DNA from: Toensbergia leucococca
Lineage: Eukaryota
Direction: 5' to 3'
Assembly: GCA_022813965.1 (NCBI GenBank)
Contig: JALDZS010000010.1
Location: 232,078 to 252,077, forward strand
Length of the DNA: 20,000 nucleotides
The notes beneath the pieces were generated by a model. The model was not told the DNA's origin. It made no database searches and was given only the letters and a program-made list of their open reading frames with translations. A program made the position numbers and the translations under genes. The stretch's first letter is position 1. The number at the start of each line of letters is the position of its first letter. Of this stretch, positions 11,805 to 20,000 are shown piece by piece.

Positions 11805-12576
11805 CTTGCCGCCTGTTATGCCCCTCACAAGACAATATGTTTGATGAGACTACGGCTTAGCTGAGCCTTCTGATCTCCAGGATGTATTCGGATAGAGAGT
11901 GTAGAGTTGTAGCTTGGAGGAAGGAGCGGGCTTGTGTGGCTGACAAAGGACGGTTCAAGTCAGACCTTTGTTGTGAACAGCCTGTTTGATCTGATGATGA
12001 GTGAATGAATACTTCAACTGTCGTCAAAATGAACGTGGGGTGTATGCAAGTCATATGCAAGCCCCGAACCCTTCTAGACCGGCTTTCACAACAGCACCGG
12101 TTGGGTGATGACGCAGCTGCCTAATTTTAGGTTGAACCCCATTGCTCACGTGCTTGTGTGTACCTGATGGGCTGTTGAACTCCATTCTCCACAGAAAAAC
12201 ACAATCAGAGAAAGGAATTCATGTGTCAGTCCAACGGTTACATCGTCAGCTTCATTGTCACTATATGATGGTGAGATTCGAGTATAGAGATACTCAAGAG
12301 CCGGTGAAATGCTGCATCTTGGCTGGAGGCGTTGTGACGTTCCTTCTGCCACTAAACCCAATCCAGCTCTCGCACATCCGGAGAAGAAAGCTCACCCTCA
12401 TAAAATTTCCCTTCGTACCCAGTAATCCGCAGCATTCATCATCACGATCTCAGCATTAATAAAATCCCCATTTTTCTGAGCCTCCAAGATGTCTGCATCA
12501 TCTTCATCCTACGTCGCTTCATCTTTGAATCTATCCCAAAAAGCCCAAAGTCTTGCGAAGAAGCCAGGCTGAAAGG
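11805..12576. promoter_or_regulatory. Divergent (bidirectional) promoter region between UBC8 and ECM31
   Basis: Head-to-head starts about 770 bp apart. Contains TCACGTG (bHLH E-box, 12146-12152) and TGATGACGCA (bZIP-like, ~12106-12115). Site function is not demonstrated. Confidence 0.45.
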
Positions 12577-13682
12577 ATGTCGCAACGACTCATACGCTCT
12601 CAAGCCCTAAGATCGTGTGCTTCCTCTTTATCGATTTCCCCTAGAGTTGCCGTGTCGCAATGTCAGGTACGACTAAGTTCACATTCGCCAATGGGCTCTC
12701 CTCCGGCAACACCCCGGAAGAAGGTCACCATTAGTACACTACGCTCGCTGCATCAGAAACAAGAACCAATCACCATGATCACGGCACACGACTTCCCAAG
12801 TGCTCATGTCGCCGACGCTGCCGGCATGGATATGATCCTAGTAGGGGACAGTTTAGCTATGGTAGCGCTTGGAATGGAAGATACAAGTGAAGTCATCCTA
12901 GAAGAGATGATTTTACATTGCCGGAGTGTGTCGCGTGCTACCAAAGCCGCTTTCACCGTAAGCCACATTTGTACTCCTCGAACACATGAGCAGTTTGCTA
13001 ATGCCACCGGATAGATCGGCGACCTCCCAATGGGATCCTACGAGATATCCCCTGAGCAAGCTCTGGATTCCGCCATCAGGGTTGTGAAGGAAGGCCGAGT
13101 ACAAGGTATCAAGCTCGAAGGTGGTCTGGACTTTGCGCCCACAATCCAACGAATCACCACTGCAGGTATTCCTGTCCTTGGCCATGTCGGCCTGACACCC
13201 CAACGCCAAAACGCCCTAGGTGGTTTCAGGGTTCAGGGGAAATCAACAGCCGGAGCATTGAATGTCCTTAGAGATGCCCTCGCTGTGCAAGAAGCTGGAT
13301 GTTTTGGTGTTGTCCTAGAAGCCGTCCCCGCAGAAGTCGCCAGTTTGGTCACGAAGAAGCTGCGAATCCCTACGATTGGCATCGGTGCCGGTAATGGCTG
13401 CTCTGGTCAAGTCCTGGTGCAAGTTGACATGTCGGGGAATTTTCCTCCGGGAAGATTTCTCCCCAAGTTTGTAAAGAGATATGGAGATGTCTGGAGCGAG
13501 AGCATGAAGGCCATTGAGGCTTACAAGGGTGAATGAGATTCAACCTTGCTGCTGTAATGCATACTAATAGCAAATCAGGTGAAGTCAAAAGTCGAGCCTA
13601 TCCTGCTCCCGAGCACACTTATCCCATGCCCGCAGAGTCCCTGACTGAGTTCGAAAATATCATCAAATCTCAAACGTTCTGA
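12577..13682 (+). CDS. ECM31: 3-methyl-2-oxobutanoate (ketopantoate) hydroxymethyltransferase, PanB/Ecm31, ~332 aa; exons 12577-12957, 13015-13528, 13579-13682
   Basis: Motifs ITMITAHD, ILVGDSLAMVALG, GDLPMGSY, KLEGG, GHVGLTPQ, IGIGAG..CSGQVLV and PKFVKRY. R/S-rich N-terminus resembles a mitochondrial presequence. Introns 12958-13014 and 13529-13578 both have CTAAT branch points. Confidence 0.95.
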
Positions 13683-14023
13683 TCTGAATATCTCTTATGG
13701 CGATTTTGGCGTATACCCTGTCAAGGCTTGGGCATTTTCATGAGCTATGTCTGTACAGCATTTGTAGTTGTTGCCATTTTCCTTCAGCATGTCTGATCCT
13801 GTAACGGCTGCCATTTGGTTTTACTCGGTGTTTAGCAGAGCTCTCCTTTTAAGCATAGTCTAGCGTCAGTATGAATTATTTTGAGTCTTCAGGAGATCAG
13901 CCTACCAGTCTCGGCCCACTTCCAATCTATATTGGCCTCGCCCTCAATCGCTCCTGCACGCCTCACTTACTTTCCCAAATCAACCTTATGTTACCACTAG
14001 ATTTTTTTATCCCTTTCCCTCCC

Positions 14024-14711
14024 CTACCCAAACGCCGGCGTCATCGAGTACCCAACAATAAGCTGATCGTCCGTCTTAAAACACTACCCACGTCGATCAG
14101 CCCTAAGAACCATCCCAAATTCCCCTTCTTTCCCGCCATCTCCCCAGTCCCCCTTTCCCGCCTCCGAACACCCCCACCTCTCAAAAGGAACCAAAAGAAC
14201 AAAAAACAAAAAAAAAGCAACTCACCCTCCACAATCCCCCAACCCCCTCATCCAAACCCGGCGCAAACACATTATTCACATAACAAAACACCCCCTCCTC
14301 CCTCTTCACCCGCAACCGCGTCCGCAAAAACTTGACCACAGTCTCGAACCGATTCTTGCTCGAGATGCGGAACGTAAGCTGCGAGAGCCGCGGCGCGGAG
14401 CCGATGGGTTGGAGGTGGATCGTTACTGTGCGCAAGGTTTCGGCGTTAGGTTGAGATTTGCGATGTGTTTGGTCGATTTTGGGTGTTTGATTGGGAGATT
14501 GGGGGGAGTTTGGGAGTCAGATGGGGTAATTTTGGGGGGAGGGAGAGTGAGAGGCACCTTTTTCTGGCTCCGAGGGGAGGGGGGTTGCGAGCGCGGTGTG
14601 GGCGTCTGGGGGGAGGGAGGTGAGGATTAGGGAGGCGGAGAGGGGGAGGGGGAGGGTGGAGGTCGTTTCGGTTTCCGGGGGGACGGAGGGGATTGGAGAG
14701 GATGGTGGCAT
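14024..14711 (-). CDS. ATG12: Autophagy ubiquitin-like modifier Atg12, 137 aa; exons 14711-14558, 14425-14226, 14083-14024
   Basis: Spliced product contains [33 protein letters not shown] and FETVVKFLR...[41 protein letters not shown], ending in the conjugating Gly. Both introns are GT-AG. Confidence 0.94.
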
Positions 14712-15075
14712 TGTTGTGGGGGGCGGTTTGCGGTAGAGGAGGTGGGAGCTTGGATGGTGGTGGGGTTTGAGGCCGATTTTGTTTGCCAGGCTGGTGCGGG
14801 GGCTAGGTATGGCGGACCAGGGTAGATGGTAGGACAAAGTCAACTCGGAAACCCCAGTCGGGAGGCTCGCTGCTCTTTTATTCACAATGCGAGTAGTGTC
14901 TACGGAGTAGATCAATTGTTCCTCCCAGAAGGCGTACTCATATTAACCTACAAATGCGGCAACCCTACCTACCTTTTGCGGCACGCTAACCCGATCAGGA
15001 ACACTAGTCTTCTTTTTCCGCCTCATTTTCTTCTTTCCATCAACATCTCATCCACATCATCAAAATTCGGTAGCC

Positions 15076-15290
15076 ATGACAGCTCAGTACATCTGTATGT
15101 GACTCTATATGTATTGACAACACACACTAATCACATAGACTCCCCCAACAACTTTCCTATCGATAATCAGCCCCCACAAGTCAACGATAACATCATCTTC
15201 GAACTTCGACTAAGCAACACAACTACCATTCCTATGACTGATGTGATAATGATGTGCCGTTGCTCCAGCATATCCTTTTCTGGCCCATGA
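15076..15290 (+). CDS. Putative spliced micro-protein gene in the left arm of the inverted repeat, 56 aa (MTAQYIYSPNNFPIDNQPPQVNDNIIFELRLSNTTTIPMTDVIMMCRCSSISFSGP); exons 15076-15094, 15139-15290
   Basis: GCCATG start after a C/A/T-rich leader. The 44 nt candidate intron GTATGT..ACTAAT..CATAG joins the ATG to an open frame. The same structure is kept in the other arm. No recognised homologue, so it may be a captured gene fragment. Confidence 0.45.
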
Positions 15291-15295
15291 TTTAC

Positions 15296-15502
15296 TCAGT
15301 CAACAAAGGTAGTATCAATAACCATCGCCACGCCAGTAATAGGAATGGTAGTTGTGTTGCTTAGTCGAAGTTCGAAGATGATGTTATCGTTGACTTGTGG
15401 GGGCTGATTATCGATAGGAAAGTTGTTGGGGGAGTCTATGTGATTAGTATGTGTTGTCAAGAGATAGATAGATAGTCACATACAGATGTACCGAGCCGTC
15501 AT
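15296..15502 (-). CDS. Putative spliced micro-protein gene in the right arm of the inverted repeat, 52 aa (MTARYIYSPNNFPIDNQPPQVNDNIIFELRLSNTTTIPITGVAMVIDTTFVD); exons 15502-15484, 15435-15296
   Basis: GTCATG start and a 48 nt candidate intron GTATGT..ACTAAT..CATAG. Paralogous to the left-arm ORF, with 37 of the first 38 residues identical. Confidence 0.45.
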
Positions 15503-15836
15503 GACTATTGATGATGAGATGTTGATGGAAAGGAAGAAAATGAGGGGGTGGTAAAAGGGAAAAAAAGACTAGTGTTCCTGATCGGGTTAGCGTGCCTCAA
15601 AGGTAGGGTTGCCGCATTTGTAGGTGACCACGAGTACTCTATTGGCGTGTGCCTTATTGACTTACTCAACGGATTGGCGAATCCTTCGGAGCTAAATTGT
15701 CTGAGACGCGCGGTATTCTAATCCAAAGGATGCGCATGAAAACGATACGACAGTAATGGTGCAAGCTGCACGGAGTAGCTGAACCACTGACTCTATCAAC
15801 TTAAATTGTCTCTTGTTTTGCTTGCCTAACATACCA

Positions 15837-18539
15837 ATGGATCCGTTGAGTGTCACTGCAAGCTTCATTGCTGTGCTTCAGGTCGCCAATGCTGTTATAT
15901 CTATCTGTTATGACTACAGCGCTTCCGCAAAGAGTTCATCACGAGAACTCTCACGAATCATCGAGGAGATCAAAGCTCTTCGCAATGTTCTAGAATCCCT
16001 CATACACCTTGCAGAGAGGGCGGAAACCCCAGACTTATGTATTCAATCTCGGCTGCCAACATTAAGAGGACTTTGTGAGCCTGAGATGGGCCCTCTATCT
16101 CAGTGTCTTGAGGAAATGAGAGCATTAGAGAAGAAGTTGGTGCCGCCAACATGGGGTGGACCGATTGGGTCAAAGAGGCGTGCTCTTATCCAGGCATTGG
16201 GCTGGCCCCTCAAGGAAAAAGACACCCTGAGGACACTCGAGAAAATAGGAAGATTTAAGGCCACTCTGTGCTTAGGTATCATGGCGGATCAATCGTGAGA
16301 CCTACTACTATCCTACCGACTCGATGATATAGCTAAAACCGCTTACTGCTTATATATAGATCATTAACACTAGAAATAAAAGATACAACTCTAAGCCTTC
16401 GACAAGAATGTGCCAAGTCAAGAATAGGCGTGTAACATGTTAACTTTATCGTATTTATTCGTCAAAGATGCTTATTCTTTTTGCAGATGACCAACGTGAA
16501 AGAATACAGCGGTGGTTATCAGCACCAGATCCTTCTATGAACCATAATGAGGCTCGTAAAAGATGGCAAGCAACCACAGGCTCATGGTTTACCAATAGCT
16601 CGGAGTTCCGAGATTGGAAGACAAAACAAAATTCAATGCTTTGGCTTCATGGAATTCCTGGATGCGGTAAAAGTGTCCTGAGCTCCACAATAATCGAAGA
16701 CGTTCTTGACCATTGCAAAAACAATAAGTCTGCTTCCGCGGTGGCGTACTTCTATTTTGATTTCAATGATATGAAGAAACAGCGGCATGAACACATGATA
16801 CGATCACTGATTACACAGCTTGCAGTGCAGTTCGCTAGTACGCCAGCTGCACTAGAGTTGCTCTTCTCTTCGTGCATGGATGGAGAAAGACAGCCAACAG
16901 TCCAAGCACTTTTAATTGCTCTAAAAGAGATTATTCAAGATTTTGAAGATGCCTATATTGTCATCGATGCTCTAGATGAGTGCAAAGACCGGCATGAGCT
17001 TTTACAGAGCATCGAGGAAGTTTCCGAATGGAGGCTTGAGGAATTGCACATATTAGTCACTAGTCGAAGAGAGAAAGATCTTGAAGAGGCTATTGAGTCG
17101 GTGGACAATCAAGGACAGATCAGCATACAAAGCGAACTTGTCAACGACGATATCCGAGTCTACGTCCATGAAAGGCTTCAGAAGGATCGAAAGCTGAAAA
17201 GGTGGCAAAACCACTTGGAGGTGCAAAGTGAGATCGAGATGACACTAACAAATAAAGCCGACGGAATGTAAGAGCGACATCTTCTGCTTGCCCTTATGGG
17301 GACTTGCACATATGTGCTAATGACATGACCAGGTTCCGGTGGGTCGTATGTCAACTTGACGCATTGGGTGACTGCCTTAATCTCCCAACGCTTCGAAAGG
17401 CATTATCATCTCTCCCCAGGACTTTAGACGACACTTACACTCGTATTCTGGATAACATCCACGAGGACTACACCAAGGATGCTTTGAAAATCTTGCAATG
17501 GCTGGCATACGCGGCCCGCCCACTTCGGATCGACGAGCTCGTTGAGGTCATCGCAATTGATGTCGATGGCAATCCTCGATTTGATCCTGAGAGACGACTT
17601 CCCGATCCACAAGATATCTTAACAATATGCTCTGGTCTAGTCACCACAGTAACAGAGGTGATTGAAAACAACGATCATGGATTTAAGTCAATTTATGTTA
17701 ACAATGCATTCGAAACGAATCATGGCGAAAGTGTTGAAACGACCGAGACACAGATCAGACTGGCGCATTTCTCTGTCAAGGAGTATCTTGTGTCAAAGCG
17801 GATCCAATCAGGACGAGCCGTCAAGTATAGCATCCGGGAATTAGATGCGAATGCGTCCATAGCTCAAGATTGCCTGGCATACCTACTACAATTTGACACG
17901 TTTGGAAATTTGAATGCACAAACCATCGGGCTTTTTCCATTAGCTAGATACGCCGCAAAATATTGGACTCAACATGTTCGAGTGGCTGAGCAGGACTCTG
18001 CCACTATCAATTCAATGATTATGGAATTGTTCATGGCGAAGAGGGATGCCTTTGCAAATTGGATATGGATTTTCGACATGGACTACCGAATGCATGAAAG
18101 GAAAGATAAGAATATACTGCTAGACCCAAAGAGCACTGGTTCTCCGTTATATTATGCATCACTAGCTGGCCTGGCTCAATCGGTGAGACTGCTGCTCAAA
18201 GAGGGTGCTGAGCCAAACGCCGTTGGTGGAAGACACGGGACTGCATTATATGCAGCTTCGCTAAACGGCTACGATGAGATTGTGGAGCAGCTCCTCGCAG
18301 CAGGGGCTGATATACACTACAAAACAGGAGATTATGGTAGTGCTTTAGCGGCTGCAACGACCGCCGGTGATGATCGAATCGTTCAACTTTTACTGAATGC
18401 AGGTGCCGATGCGAACGTTCAAGGGGGGTGCCTTGGGAGCGCTCTGACAACAGCCTTGTTCTACGGTCATGATCGTATCGCGCAGCAATTGCTAGATGCG
18501 GGAGCTGATGGAACCCCCCATATTAAAGATTTGCGGTAG
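15837..18539 (+). CDS. Fungal NLR-like STAND protein: HeLo-like/SesA-type N-terminal domain + NACHT + winged helix + ~4 ankyrin repeats, ~837 aa; exons 15837-16294, 16360-16427(?), 16487-17267, 17333-18539
   Basis: N-terminus MDPLSVTASFIAVLQV..ALGWPLKEKD. NACHT features TGSWF, WLHGIPGCGKSVLSSTII (P-loop), YFYFDF, IVIDALDEC (Walker B), ILVTSR, ADGM|FRWVVCQL, LPRTLDDTYTRIL and RLAHFSVKEYL. Ankyrin repeats SPLYYAS..G, TALYAAS.NG, SALAAA..AG and SALTTA..YGH. The exon 2 donor is uncertain. Confidence 0.92.
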
Positions 18540-18705
18540 TGTAGTTTGCGGTACTCCATTGATTACCGACCTACACAGGTTGAGATGAGGTTGTTCATCG
18601 GCAATTCGAGGCCGAAGCTTACGCAAATACTCAACGGGGTCATCAGGTACGGCAACTTCTTGCAATCAGCTATATCTTGGGGTCATATCCAAGTTATTGA
18701 ACATG
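18540..18705 (+). pseudogene. Decayed ankyrin-repeat coding remnants downstream of the NLR stop codon
   Basis: Shifting frames give CGTPL.., G*DEVVHRQFEAEAYANTQRGH and YGNFLQSAISWGHIQVIEH, which resemble the upstream repeats (GYDEIVEQLLAAGAD, ANVQGG, YGSAL). Confidence 0.6.
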
Positions 18706-19574
18706 TACCTGATGTGAACCTTCCGAGGATTGTTCTACGGCGATGCATTTCAAGTGGTCTCACTCCGCAATTTACATTGAGAAAAACGTCGAGGTAGACG
18801 TTGAACGGACTCATCTAGCTAAACGTCAAAAGTGGCCCGTTTAGACCCATATTAGTTGATTCATCACCTTCTTCACAATGAATTCCCTGTTCAACGACTA
18901 CGGCGTTACGACGCCAACGACTCGACCACTCAATGTCCGCAACGCTACCTACAGTCCAAGAAATGGCAATTACTGTACGCCATTGGTGGCATATAGTGGT
19001 CCATGGATATAAGAACTATCGATGGATGGAATACAAGGTAAAAAGAAGACTGAATATTATGAGATTGTGAGGTGTTGTGAGAGTGAGAGTAACAAGAGAT
19101 ATTAAAAAGAGTTGAGAAAATAAGGTGAGAAAAGAGAATAAGGTATCAGACAAGGAAAGCAAGTTGAAAAATCTATATCAATAAGAATGATACGCCTAAG
19201 ATTTCTCATAGACTAAACAGAAGTTAAATCTACCCCATGACTCATCACAAACCTCAACTTCAAAAACACAATCACTGAGCTCTATTCAAGCACCTCTCTC
19301 AAAAAACAGAGGTCCCTCATATCTAAAACTCAGACACAATATCTAAACACTTAAAAAAAACAATGAAAAACTACTTAGAGGAGCTCGGGGGAAGTAGTGA
19401 GCAAAAAAATAACATTGAAAAAAACACCCCCCGGCAGCAAGAGCTGAAGAAAAATTGAAACTAAGCCCCGGAACGCACTCAGCGCGCTCTTAATTAAGGT
19501 AATGGTTGACAGCATTAGTACTAGAGGTCCAGAGTGCATTCATTTAACTCAACAACTAGGAGTGGGAAAATGAG

Positions 19575-20000
19575 TTGGTTGTACCAATCATAAAGATGAT
19601 GCTGCATGCAGGCCAAGTCCCCTCAAACCTCAAAACGCCCAAAAAGGCAAGCAAACTCGCAGCACCACCCCCCACCCCCCAACAGCGCCCCACATACAAG
19701 CAAGCCCACCCCACCCACCTCCTCTTCTCCGTCCCCCCCGAGGCGCTTCACCCATCGCTCAACCTTTCACAGGCTCATCTCTCGCATACTCAAATCCCCT
19801 CACCGCCACCCACTCATCCTCGCATCACCTACCCCAGATTCCCCTCCCCATACTCCTCCCCCTCCTCCTCCCCCCCTAAAAACTACTCGGCACCATAAAG
19901 CTCCCCCCCCATCCACCACGCCGCCCAGAATCTAGCCCAGAACCCCGCCTCCCAGACCCCCGCCTCCCGCTCTCAAGACTCTCCTCAGCGCGGCCGAAAC
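19575..20000. other. Strongly C-rich (+) / G-rich (-) low-complexity tract, possibly the 3' end of a minus-strand gene that continues beyond the window
   Basis: Many C runs and a near-tandem CCCAGAACCCCGCCTCCCAGACCCCCGCCTCCC. The composition resembles the 3' end of the SNF2 gene (451-620). No recognisable protein motif. Confidence 0.35.

Larger units (their letters stand above)
14934..15637. repeat. Long inverted repeat: arms of ~300-320 bp (about 14934-15253 and 15321-15637) with a short spacer
   Basis: Hand alignment shows 15126-15235 is the exact reverse complement of 15339-15448 (110 nt). The outer block ACCTACAAATGCGGCAACCCTACCT..GGCACGCTAACCCGATCAGGAACACTAGTCTT is shared with small indels. 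GTACTC/GAGTAC mark the outer ends. Confidence 0.97.

Noticed and set aside
11944..11969. GGTTCAAGTC B-box/T-loop-like motif
   Set aside because: No cloverleaf or A-box could be built around it; it lies in the UBC8 upstream region.
14826..15290. 154 aa unspliced ORF across the left repeat arm
   Set aside because: It does not begin at an ATG, and its 5' part is disrupted by indels in the other arm. Only the 3' part matches the spliced mini-gene model.
19420..19620. Possible structured ncRNA (short palindromes AGCGCGCT, TTAATTAA, TAGTACTA; U-rich tract on the minus strand)
   Set aside because: No match to the snRNA, snoRNA or 5S signatures I can recognise; an Rfam/Infernal scan would be needed.
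19575..19935. Pro-rich plus-strand ORFs of 107 and 109 aa
   Set aside because: Expected by chance in C-rich low-complexity sequence; no domain evidence.

Overview
Gene-dense 20 kb window from a filamentous ascomycete (Pezizomycotina). The evidence is short 44-142 nt introns with GT donors, CTRAY-type branch points and mostly YAG acceptors, plus fungal-type proteins. Eight protein genes can be reconstructed by hand: a Rad5/Rad16/Ris1-type SNF2 helicase (-), a small secreted But2-like protein (+), a PY-motif hypothetical protein (-), a secreted pepsin-like aspartic protease (+), UBC8 (-), ECM31/panB (+), ATG12 (-) and an NLR-like HeLo-like/NACHT/ankyrin gene (+). Two things stand out. First, a ~700 bp inverted repeat (about 14934-15637) lies in the divergent intergenic region between ATG12 and the NLR. 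Each arm appears to carry an intron-containing mini-gene (56 aa and 52 aa), the two are arranged tail-to-tail, and they share a 110 nt perfect stem. This makes it a candidate hairpin-RNA/siRNA locus, micro-protein pair or gene-capturing foldback element. Second, UBC8 needs a 1-nt microexon, and probably uses a 3-nt one, so that one ATG codon is split over three exons. The NLR is followed by decayed ankyrin repeats. All calls come from reading the sequence; no database search was run.
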